A DNA stretch of 63,360 bases, counting the filler, from Octopus bimaculoides (taxonomy: Eukaryota): NCBI RefSeq assembly GCF_001194135.2. It is 6 parts of 5 records of this genome, joined end to end, with 100 filler letters (N's around TTAATTAATTAA, not from the genome) between each part and the next. Parts side by side here need not be neighbours in the genome. Positions count along the whole stretch, not along the records: positions 24,898 to 46,965 come from NC_068987.1; positions 47,066 to 52,845 come from NC_068986.1; 4 more parts are not named here. One strand, 5' to 3'. A program made the translations under genes and the position numbers. Below the pieces are notes generated by a model. That model had not been told where the DNA came from. It did not search any database and saw nothing but the letters and a program-made list of their open reading frames with translations. This document shows positions 36,056-47,876 of the stretch, piece after piece (positions within the stretch are counted from its first letter, which is position 1; every line of letters begins with the position of its first letter).

Positions 36056-37307
36056 TGTTTACTATTGGTACACAAATCATGCGAGATGTATGTCCTTACC
36101 GCTTTGTTTTCTCTTGTTCCACTGGCTTCTCTTTATTAAATTTAAAAAAGAAACACTAATCTTTTATTAATAAGCACTATTTAGCTTCCAAATTCTTTTA
36201 AAATCTTAAACAATTTCTATAGATACCATGCTTTGAATTAATGAAAAGTACAACTATTAGCCACATCTTGCCGACTGGATTTAATGTAATAATTGTTTTA
36301 TCGTTACACGAAACAATTATTTCTGCTATGTGCTATCTATCTGCCTCCCAAGGAAACAAACTTTATCGTTGGCATGTCAAATCATCGGTGTGTCGGGATG
36401 TTTCGTCATGCTGCCCTTAATGCTGGCTTTCGAACTTTGCTAGTTGGTCTCTGTCCTTTGATCAGAAACACTTCATTATATGTCATTTTTGCACGAGAAA
36501 AATCATTGAAAAGGTTGCAAATGGCAGCGAAAGTACTTTGATAAAAAAAGAAAAAAACACGACTTACTGCTTAACCGAGATAAACAAACAATCGATTAGT
36601 TAATTGAATATTTAACCGATTAACTAATAATAAAAAAAAAACTAGAAAGTAACCAGTGCGTGTGTTTATAATATTGGGATAATGACTCTCACAAGACCTC
36701 AAAATATCTTCATTATATATATTCTTTCTGTGTGCCTGTCGTTCTGACTCACTCCTCTCTCTCTCTCTTTCTTCCTTTACCTCTCTCTCACGAGAAACAC
36801 AAACAATAATTATCTGTTAGTGACAGAGACAGTACTAATACCGAAAGATACTATTTATCTTCACTTAAACGTAGATGTTCTGTTAGAATAAACTTTACTG
36901 CAGTAGTTACCATGAAAAAATCTCTTGGATTGGCTTTTGGTGCAAAATGCACTATTGTTTATATCGCTGGTGGTGGGGGGGGGATAAACACACGCCACCT
37001 CCAGCACCGAAACCACCAGATCACGTGATTTCGACCTTCCTTGGTTTTATCAATGATGGACACGCGACCGCTAGAGATAGCAACGATTCATCCACTCGCC
37101 AACGATGTATGGAAAATCAGTGCCAGAATGGCGCTGGTGTTGCGAGTAGTTTGTTAGCTAGTTGACAAAATAAAGTATATTTTAATATTTTCATTGTTAA
37201 GCTTTCAGATCACACGATATATATAAATATAAGCGCACATACTACATGTGCATGTATGCAAGTGTTCGTATAAATGCTATATATATATATACATACACAC
37301 ACACACG

Positions 37308-37343
<36 letters not shown>

Positions 37344-37471
37344 AATGAACTCAACTATATATCGAACGATTTCACGATTACCAGAATAAAATCTAGCATT
37401 TGCTCATCAGTATAGTACGGTACAGACATATAAAAATAAACAAAATCCTCATCTTATGTATCCGAGATAGC

Positions 37472-37506
<35 letters not shown>

Positions 37507-37769
37507 GATATATATACATATACATACATATATGCATATATCCCTGGCAAACATAACAGCACAGAAGGTTTCCACCTAATCGCTAATCTGCTCTTGCTGT
37601 GCACACTGTTACACTCGTTCACCAATACATACGAATACCTAAAACAATTTCAAAAAATAAAAAAAAAATAAACACCTATGAATAATCTATGTTATTTTGT
37701 CCAGATCTCCCTAGATGCAAACCGATATTAATGTCAACTCGACCCTTGACATATCAATCAGCTTGCGCT

Positions 37770-37971
37770 TTTTGACTTTAACTCCAAGCACATATACATA
37801 TATGTACAAATATGTATAAATACATATGCATCCATACACACACACTCACACACATTTTTTTGTGTTTATCTTTATTTATATACATACACATATTTGTAAA
37901 GTGTAGATATATATATATATGCATATATATATATATATATATGTACATATAATTATATGTGTGTGCGTGTT

Positions 37972-38038
<67 letters not shown>

Positions 38039-38451
38039 CATATAATCATGTGCATATACATGCACACATGCATACATGCATATTTATATACATATGTTAT
38101 ACATATGTATATATATATATATATGAATAGCACTATTTAGCATTAGCTTTCAACAACATACCAAGTGAACTTTCGCTGCAGAGCATTCGCTAGACAAACT
38201 GCCTAACTACCTGCACACAAGCGCACGCGCGCGGGTGCACACACACGCACTCATACAAAGAACCATGCACGCACATGCAAAGCTTTAACTCTCAGATGCA
38301 CTAGTATACGCGGCCTGCGCACAGACACGTTGATACACGTATTCGAACATACAAATACACAAGCATACACCTACACACAGGCATACATGCACACATATAC
38401 TATATAGTATATACACATGCACATTGCGTGAATGCATATAATGTGTGCGTG

Positions 38452-38506
<55 letters not shown>

Positions 38507-38557
38507 ATACATTTATATATATGTATATATAATGTGTTTATATGTTATTGTATATGC

Positions 38558-38607
<50 letters not shown>

Positions 38608-40200
38608 ATGCATGTGTATCTATGTACATATGCATATATATGTATGTGTTTATATATATATTTAAGTATATGAATTTGTGTATATGTACATATATATGTA
38701 TATATATATATGTATATATATATGTATGTGAATGTACATACATATATGTATATGTATATATATATATGTATATATATATNNNNNNNNNNNNNNNNNNNNN
38801 NNNNNNNNNNNNNNNNNNNNNNNNNNNNNNNNNNNNNNNNNNNNNNNNNNNNNNNNNNNNNNNNNNNNNNNNNNNNNNNNNNNNNNNNNNNNNNNNNNNN
38901 NNNNNNNNNNNNNNNNNNNNNNNNNNNNNNNNNNNNNNNNNNNNNNNNNNNNNNNNNNNNNNNNNNNNNNNNNNNNNNNNNNNNNNNNNNNNNNNNNNNN
39001 NNNNNNNNNNNNNNNNNNNNNNNNNNNNNNNNNNNNNNNNNNNNNNNNNNNNNNNNNNNNNNNNNNNNNNNNNNNNNNNNNNNNNNNNNNNNNNNNNNNN
39101 NNNNNNNNNNNNNNNNNNNNNNNNNNNNNNNNNNNNNNNNNNNNNNNNNNNNNNNNNNNNNNNNNNNNNNNNNNNNNNNNNNNNNNNNNNNNNNNNNNNN
39201 NNNNNNNNNNNNNNNNNNNNNNNNNNNNNNCATAACAGTTTTGCATGTCACTTTCCCTGTTTGGCAGAAACGAATTATATAAAAGTATAGAAGGGCATTT
39301 CGGGTCGGTCGACTCTCGAATTACACGAATCACAGAACAATTTGCGTTTCTTTCTTCTTACTGTGGAAACTGCACTTATTGACTCCCCTTATGGCAAAGG
39401 TCAACATAGAGAAATTTCAGAAAGGTCAAGAAATAACAAGTAACAACATCGAAATTCCAAACAAAATCTCTATACAAATTTAACACTGCGCGTATGTATG
39501 TATGTATGTATGTATGTATGTATGTATGTATGTATGTATGTATGTATGTATGTATGTATGTATGTATGTATGTTTGTTTGTTCCATTCCGTGTATATGTG
39601 CGTGTCTATATGTGTGCAGGCATGAATTGAGGTATCTAATTTAGAATGTGTATTACGTTACATAAATACATACAAGTACACGTCAATATATATATATATA
39701 TATANNNNNNNNNNNNNNNNNNNNNNNNNNNNNNNNNNNNNNNNNNNNNNNNNNNNNNNNNNNNNNNNNNNNNNNNNNNNNNNNNNNNNNNNNNNNNNNN
39801 NNNNNNNNNNNNNNNNNNNNNNNNNNNNNNNNNNNNNNNNNNNNNNNNNNNNNNNNNNNNNNNNNNNNNNNNNNNNNNNNNNNNNNNNNNNNNNNNNNNN
39901 NNNNNNNNNNNNNNNNNNNNNNNNNNNNNNNNNNNNNNNNNNNNNNNNNNNNNNNNNNNNNNNNNNNNNNNNNNNNNNNNNNNNNNNNNNNNNNNNNNNN
40001 NNNNNNATATAAGCACATATGTACATATACATGTATATATATATATGTATATATATACATATATATGTATAAATATATATATAATTATATATATATATAT
40101 ATATATATATACACGCACATACATTTATATATATGTTTATACATATATGTATGTTTATATGTGTGTGATTGTGTCTGTGTGTTTATGTGTATGTTGTTGT
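37770..40200. repeat. Microsatellite field: (TA)n, (TATC)n, (TATG)n with gaps
   Basis: Directly visible. Short unique stretches are interspersed. Confidence 0.85.
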
Positions 40201-40574
40201 TGACTGATATATGTGTAAATGTATTTGTAGACAAGAGGGATGGAACTTTTTGTGTGTTTTGAGCCAAGCACTTATTCTAAGATTATGTGTTTGAAACTGA
40301 AACAATTACATAGGGAAAGCCATTTAAATCTCACATACACTTATATATTGACTGCCGATTCAGTTTATAACGGTATTATATAACAACACAATGTCAAATA
40401 TTAATGTATAACATCAACGATGAGGTCGTTGACACAATTATACTGTATTTAGCTTTCTGTCAATTTATCGTCTATAATTATACTATCAGAAAGTAAAATA
40501 ATAGTGGCTAAAACGGTACACAAGTCTTTAAATAGCTGTTGTGAATGTTCACCGATATAATTGCTATGTGAATA

Positions 40575-41230
40575 TTATGAGATTGTTTGTTCTTTACCTA
40601 CTGGCTTTGGAAGAAGTGACAGTATCAAAAGCTTTTGGGCGTAATTATGTTTCTCTTGAATATTTGTAATCAACACCCGAGAAAAGGCGGGAGCTGAGAG
40701 GTAATTCCGGAGACATGACATTCTGGGAAGGAAGAGCTGGGTGCTGTGGTTAGTGCCGAGCTGGGATAGTGTTGATACAACAAGTTTGATGGAGGAGGAT
40801 AACTTAGTGGGAAGGATCTCCTTAAGGAGAGGTGACATGAGGTCAATCGGCCATTATAGTATGGTCAGACATGACACAGGAGGCAGCACATCCGTGAACC
40901 AGATAAAATGGAGCGTGTCTGTGAATGGCGTTACTTCAATCAGGATGGCTTCCCCTTTCTGGATATGGCTGAGATTGTTTCTGTGTGCAGTAGCATTATT
41001 GTCCACTTGCGAGAACAATACTCCATTCTGGTACTCACCCAGGCTTTGTAGAGAATCAATAATTTTCGGGTATAAATTTTCTTCTAGCACAGAAGAAAAG
41101 ACTCAGTTTTTAAGACGTGATCCTTGCTCTGACAAGGATGTGCTTTCGTCAGAAGAGATATTTGTTGATACTGAGGCTCAGCAACTGGAGTGATTTTCAG
41201 GGCTCTGATTGATTTTCCATAGCCAGCTGG
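40575..41230 (-). mobile_element. Decayed LINE reverse transcriptase, N-terminal part
   Basis: Minus frames give ...*WPIDLMSPLLK (NYRPISL-like) and PKAFDTV (40616-40639), with many stops and frameshifts. Confidence 0.55.
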
Positions 41231-41399
41231 TAAGGCTATCGAATAATTTCTGTGTCTGTTTTCCCCCAGCCTCTTGTCAGCCTCTCTCTCTCGCTCTCAC
41301 TTTCACTAAGGCGTTTACATCTTTGTTTTCATATATGATGTCCAAAGAACTTCACTAATGTCTTGTTATTTTGCTACCAAATTTTTTTCTTATATGAAT

Positions 41400-41670
41400 C
41401 TTTCTGTTAACAGCAGTTCGTGACGTTTTCTTGATATAAGCAATGATTGAGTTTTCTAGCTGTTGAAAGAGACAAGAATAGATCCCCACTAAAGAATAAT
41501 CTCATGAAGTCAGTGTAGGTTTGACATTTAGCGTCTAGGTTTCGATTAGATACGGAATGGCTGGAAAATGGCACAGAGGAATGAAAGATAGTTTCGTCTG
41601 CATAAAAATATGTGTCATTGGACATGTTGGCAAGCCATTGACGAAAAGAATGGATTAGGAGCAATATGGC
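41400..41670 (-). mobile_element. Decayed CR1/L2-like RT fragment around the YADD motif
   Basis: LANMSNDTYFYADETIFHSS resembles DLL.TSN.IHSYADDSTLHSS of CR1-group RTs. Confidence 0.6.
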
Positions 41671-42299
41671 GCCTTAAGGTACACTAAAGTAGATAGAATG
41701 TGAACCAGCAAAATTTCCTTCAACACAGGCATCAAATAGGATTTTGATATGATATGTTTTCACTTATTCATAATTATCAGTCTTAATTAACTCTGATAAT
41801 GCTTAATATCTCATACAAATAACCTATTTGTTATTAAACGAATAAATTCAATGCTACTCTATTACAAGCATTGAACTACTTTTATAAACTGGAAACTGTT
41901 TGTTCGAGTGACCAAGTTTATATGTGTGCATGTATGTGTGTATCACTGTGTGTGTATGTGTGTGTGAGTGTTCGTAAATATACATACATACACACCTAAG
42001 TACACACGTACGTACGTACGTATATACATATATAATACATAATACATACACACATACATACATACTAGATTTTTCTTCACTATGAAGTCAGGATTTCCGA
42101 GAGACGGCATTTCCAAGTATATTTCACATACAGAACTACACACGCATGAAAGCATTTATATCACAAGGGCGAATAGACTAATGATCAAAGACATTCCAAC
42201 CAAGACAATCCAATTATATTTTAAAGACTAAAGTATCTACGACTCCAACGTACGAGGTTCCAGACTTCTCTAAGGTGGTGGAATGAGAGTTCTCTACCA

Positions 42300-42812
42300 A
42301 TTTTATCAGATCATGCGAACACTCAGACTTTCTTATGCTGGCACCAATTGGGTAGAGCTGTCTGTATTAGTAGCCATTGTTTAGTTTCCTACAGCATATA
42401 TTGATAAATTGCTATCTGGCTAGAAAGGAAAAAGTGCCAGGCAAGACATACCAAGATTCTTTAAAGTTGGTGAAAAGATGTATATGAGGGCATACAAGAA
42501 TGGAAAGCAGATTTGGGAATTATCAGATGTACAAGTAAAATAATGTATAGGGTAAAAAGTAGAGAAGGCAAACAAAAGGGATAGAGGTACCAACGGAAAA
42601 AGAGCTTCATGGAAAGCGAACCAAAGAAGTTGGAAGAACTGATAGAATGGTTGTACAATACGTTCCAAGTACCAACGTCACTGCTGGTGATAGAACCCAG
42701 GAGTACAAGTGAGAGGAAAAGAAAACACACAGAGTTCCTGAGGGTGGATGCCAAGCAAAAGAAATATGAAATTATACGAAAAGAAAAAAACGAAAAAGAG
42801 AGAGGTGGGTGA
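42300..42812 (+). mobile_element. Ty3/Gypsy pol C-terminal region (post-integrase), decayed
   Basis: PRFFKVGEKMYMRAYKNGKQIWE...LYNTFQVP...EPRSTSERKRKHTEFLRVDAKQKKY resembles the integrase-tail region of Gypsy elements. Supported by the PPT and LTR immediately downstream. Confidence 0.6.
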
Positions 42813-42877
42813 ATAAAAAAAAAATTATTGCTAAATAAAATTACACATCCTAAGAAAAAACATAAATGGAGAGATAT

Positions 42878-43081
42878 TGTAAGGAATTGGTAATAATGGC
42901 GCACCCCTCCCACGTGACGAATGGAATGATATAGTCACTATAAGTAAAGAGAAGTACGTGAAGTACCAGAGTACGTAGTAGGCGGTCAGAGATAGACATG
43001 TCGTTACTGGCTTTACTAAATATACTGTATACCGAAGTGGGTGTTATATCAATCCAGCATTAAAAGGATTAAACTGATACA
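42878..43081 (+). mobile_element. Putative 3' LTR (~204 bp)
   Basis: Purine tract AAATGGAGAGA (42864-42874), then TGTAAGGAA, ATTAAA signals near the end and an ...GATACA terminus. A related 33-bp copy lies at 43741-43773. Confidence 0.55.
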
Positions 43082-45448
43082 TACATGCATAGCCACTAAA
43101 ATAATTATTTATTATTAATAGTAATATTTTCATATATTTATAAATTATTCACTTAGCTCGTTTCGGAAAGTACCTTGGGATTTCACACGAACAAGCAAGC
43201 ATGGTTGAGGTGAATGTTTTTAAATTTGTTTTGTTTTCTTTTTCAGTAAGCCTAAATGAAGAGTGGATAAGTGCGTCTCAGTACAGAGTCCGAAATCGAT
43301 ATTAGGCTGTCTGCCATTCCTTTTGCGGCCTTCGTAAAGGTAGAGAGGTATAATTTTTTTTCACCATCCTCTTTACACCATGTTTGTTTTAAGTGAGCTT
43401 TCTGTGGCTTCGGAGTTCATCTGACTCTTATTTCTAGAAAAGCTGGTACTTTCCAGTACTCTAATTATATACATATATATATATACTTATATATATATAT
43501 ATACATATATATNNNNNNNNNNNNNNNNNNNNNNNNNNNNNNNNNNNNNNNNNNNNNNNNNNNNNNNNNNNNNNNNNNNNNNNNNNNNNNNNNNNNNNNN
43601 NNNNNNNNNNNNNNNNNNNNNNNNNNNNNNNNNNNNNNNNNNNNNNNNNNNNNNNNNNNNNNNNNNNNNNNNNNNNNNNNNNNNNNNNNNNNNNNNNNNN
43701 NNNNNNNNNNNNNNNNNNNNNNNNNNNNNNNNNNNNNNNNATGGTGTACCCCTCTCACGTGACGAATGGAATAACCTAAGGGTATCATGACTCCTAAGGG
43801 TATCATGCATACATAGCCTCACCTGTACATTTAAGTATTTTTGAAACTAACGATTACAGGTACCATACTTGAACTTTGATGGTGAAAATTAATTTTGGTG
43901 TCGTATCCGTTGAAAATTTATCCTCTAGTATTAAATATGAAATCATGGGATATCATGTTATATGGTGAATTAAATTGCATTGCATATGTTATAAGCTATA
44001 TGTTATGATATGTGGTGTGATATATATAATACTATCCCCTGATAACCCCTGCCTAGTTAGTCTGACTTCATCTTATTTTGGTGATTACACTAGTTTCCTT
44101 TCTATGATGTTCTACCCTACTGATCATATCATGTATATCTGTAGTGACCTTATGTAAGTAAGTCTCCTTTCGACTAAATCATATACCCACTAAAAACTAT
44201 AAAATCATATATACAACAGCACCTGTAACATTACAACTTATAAAATCTCTTCGGTTTGTATACCTCTAACAACCCTCATTACTTCCATACATATCACCCC
44301 CACTTTTCGGGTTATCTTTATCTCTTCCCTACCGCTGCAAATTTTATTCCCCTGTCTCTTTAAATGTAAGTTATATGTATCTCTTATTATTTTCTATAAA
44401 TTCTTATTATTTTGTTTTCTTATTTTGATATCCTTACTTATTAACCTCTGATCCCTTATAAATTGTTTTAGTTTTCTTGTTCTTAAATAGATACTTTTCA
44501 GCTACTTAGGTCTATGCGAGATGGTTATTCTATATCCATATAAACGTTATAAATGTGTGTGTATCTGTATATATCTTTAATTTTTACTGATTCATGGCTT
44601 AAAATTAATAGATATCATGTATATCGCTCCAGTTATTCCATATGTAAATGCCCCGAGCAGTCTTTATAGAAATCACCTAATAAATAATTAATTAAGTACA
44701 TGAATGAATATTAAACTGATTCTATGTAATCTTTCCTTTTTAATGTTTATAATTGATATATACACACATTTTACCTATTTTGGTTATGATATCGTTTTTG
44801 AAATTCTTAAATTTTATTTTTATACAACATAACAATATTGTTGATGAACAATCACCCATAGTGTCCCCAAATAAAATTTCCTCTATATTAACACCTTAGA
44901 TTTCTTAGCGTCTTGCTCCTTTAACTGGTAATTAACACCATGAGTTAAAGTCTTCCCCTACCCAGCCTCTTTTTATAGACAGTTACTTTCATTCAGTTGA
45001 CTACTCCTTATATCTTCTTTCCTCCCTTAGGAAAGGGATATATATGATAATACTTATGACCATACCTAGCCATGAGCTAGCAGTTCAGTCTTGTCCTTTA
45101 TTCAAAATAGGCACAGTCTTTTAGCCTTAGATTTAGTAGTTGATAAAGAGATAAATGAATTAGAAATGAAGTACAATCCCTTGCGATTCTGGGAAGTGTA
45201 GTCTATTCTTAGCTACAATAGCGACAACATAAATTTCTTCCATCTACTTGGTCTGTTGATATATTTGAGTGAGAAAAATTGTATTAATGTGTCTTACTTC
45301 TTAAAATTCTACTTATTTATTTGTGCAGCTGATAGCACTGGATTTCAATTGATGTAATGACTGCATTGTTCAATTAAATGGAGTCGCTTAAAACGGTCAT
45401 ACTGCGTCACTACTTGATATCATGTTGCTTATTTTGATTTTATATATA

Positions 45449-45503
<55 letters not shown>

Positions 45504-45504
45504 G

Positions 45505-45665
45505 AGAATATACAAAAAATAACAACAGACGAGGACAGGTGGTGTAAATAACAAAAGTATATATTAGTATGACGCTCGGGAATACGGAAAGTCTTTGACG
45601 TTTCGAGCTACGCTCTTCAACAGAAAGAATATGGAGACAAGGAGAAAAACACGGAGAAAAAAAAA
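45505..45665 (-). mobile_element. Penelope-like 3' tail with a variant minimal hammerhead (45592-45628)
   Basis: Minus TCTTT CTGTTGA A GAGC-gta-GCTC GAA ACGT C AAAGA. Helix I is a perfect 5 bp and helix II is 4 bp, with a palindromic ACGU helix III. A6 is U. Abuts (TA)n. Confidence 0.65.
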
Positions 45666-45694
45666 TTGATTATATATATATATATATGTGTGTA

Positions 45695-45719
<25 letters not shown>

Positions 45720-45726
<7 letters not shown>

Positions 45727-45850
45727 CATAGACGACTTACACATAGTCTTCGCCTACCAGATTCATTCACAGTACATTGGTCAACGTGGATCTATAATTA
45801 AGCACACTTCCTCAACTGCCGCGCATTGAAACTGAACTCGAAACCACAAA
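45720..45850 (-). mobile_element. Decayed SINE family A head
   Basis: gacgacttac...tcgcctaccagattcattcaca...cacttcctcaactgccgcgc aligns loosely to the family A reverse complement. Confidence 0.5.
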
Positions 45851-46928
45851 TACAAATTATATCTTTCATTGACACATTGCTGTGTTCCATTTCCATCGTT
45901 GTAAATGGAGATTTTTCATATATCCTAGTTTGTCATTTTATCTCGTTCTATTCACTATACTTCCGATATCCATTGATATTTCTAGACCTTCGAGACAATG
46001 TGGTTTCTTTTAGAGTTTGTTATTGCCGTTTAATTGTAGATCTGAATCATAGCAATGATATATTAATGATAATGTCGCTATCATCCGATTTGAAATGTTT
46101 AATGTTTGATCGTTAGCGTCAGATTTCTTTTGTAAGCAGAAATTAGTTTGACGGTGACGACAGATTCTAGTCTGCACTCTGTTCAATTTGATGTATTTTC
46201 CTATTAGTTTTAGGTCTTTCAGTAATCTAACTTTTTATTGAATTAATTACTTGTGATCTAATTTCTGTTTTTGTTTTGTAATGTACTTTATTGAATGGTT
46301 TCTTGATGTAGATATATGATCATCCTTTCTGAAAATAGTGTCCTGATAAATAATATATCCAAGGGTTAAGGTGGCCTTTATCTGAATTTTGCTCTGCATT
46401 TTAAATGGAGAGAACACGGAGAGACAATGTTCATCTTGAGGAGAAAAGTTAGACGAAAGAACGAACGTCACTAAGGGCACTCTAAGACCAGCCGCTGGTG
46501 TTAAACCAAGTCGTTCAGGCCTACCATCCATCACGTGTATAATTTTCCTTTTTGCATGTAAATATATGTATAATTTGCATGTAACTATATAATGTAAATG
46601 TAATAATATAAATATAATGTAAATAGAAAATATAAAAATATGTATAATTTGCATGTAAATATATAATATTTACGTACTTATACATTCATGCACACATAAA
46701 AATAATTTAGCAAGATTCAATAGCATGACCGGTTTCTCAAAGAGGTCAAGTTCGATACGAAGATAAGAAGCCCAGAATAATAATAGCAGAAATTGGCACG
46801 CACATGAATTGTGAGAATTTTGTTTGTAGTGATATTCAGTAGGCCATCCTATATGGCATGTAATCCTTATATTTTGTTTTATTGTATCATGCGCCATATT
46901 AGATTCTGTAGAATGTGTTGTACATAAT

Positions 46929-46965
<37 letters not shown>

Positions 46966-47065
46966 NNNNNNNNNNNNNNNNNNNNNNNNNNNNNNNNNNN
47001 NNNNNNNNNTTAATTAATTAANNNNNNNNNNNNNNNNNNNNNNNNNNNNNNNNNNNNNNNNNNNN
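46966..47065. other. Artificial 100-bp gap marker
   Basis: 44 N + TTAATTAATTAA + 44 N. Confidence 0.97.
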
Positions 47066-47419
47066 ATACTTACACTGTTTTAAACATTTTCATCTTATTA
47101 TCAGAGAATGTGTGATAATTAGTATGTAACACTACGAAGTTCATACAAAGCTTTATACTTTAAATATATTCCTCTTATTATCATCAAAGAATGTATATAT
47201 GCATTTTAATACTCAAACTGTGTTTTAACATTTTTTATTATTCTCAAAGACTTTTGATAATCTTTTTCTAAAAAAGTGAAACCGGTTAAGTAAATAAATA
47301 TCTTTAAAATAAGTGCATTTTCAAACCTTCTTTCATATATATTTCCACTCGTACGGTATTCCACAACTTTACTTTATTATATATAAACACATATATATGT
47401 ATGCATGTATGTGTGTGCC

Positions 47420-47876
47420 TGTACAAGAATCCTCGTTGCATTGTGTGCATGTGATGCAGCAGATGGAGTTTCTTGTTTTGCAATTCATGTTTGCATTCAC
47501 CTTCACTTCCTCCCCATTCTTCAATCTTCTGGTTCTTCCCTGTTCAATTATTATTTTAACGAGGGTTTCCACAGTTTGTTACCTACATTATTTCTTTCTC
47601 CGATGTGAATCTCGCCTTCGTTAAACGTCTTTTAAGATTTGGTGGTTGTCTTCGACTGTTGATGATTTGTGATTTTTAATTATTTGTTGGAGATACGATG
47701 ACTGATGTATAATTGGTCGAATATAGGATCTTGAGATTGTTAAGGAATATAGGTAATAACAAATGGAACATTTATATTTGTATTTTGTTTTCCACCTCAG
47801 TGTGAATGTTTTTCTGTAAGGCAGAGATTGGGATCTCTTTTGCTTTGGTTATTGCATGATTAATTAGATTTTGAGG
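47420..47876 (-). mobile_element. Penelope-like element fragment (post-RT linker into GIY-YIG)
   Basis: PQNLINHAITKAKEIP...PFVITY...INSRRQPPNLKRRLTKARF...NCGNPR...NMNCKTRNSICCITCTQCNE. Homologous to 13165-13630. Confidence 0.85.

Noticed and set aside
40741-41193. 150-aa plus-strand ORF
   Set aside because: Antisense to a decayed LINE RT fragment, with no recognisable domain.
45830-46520. Possible Penelope 5' region on the minus strand
   Set aside because: No diagnostic motif could be read with confidence.
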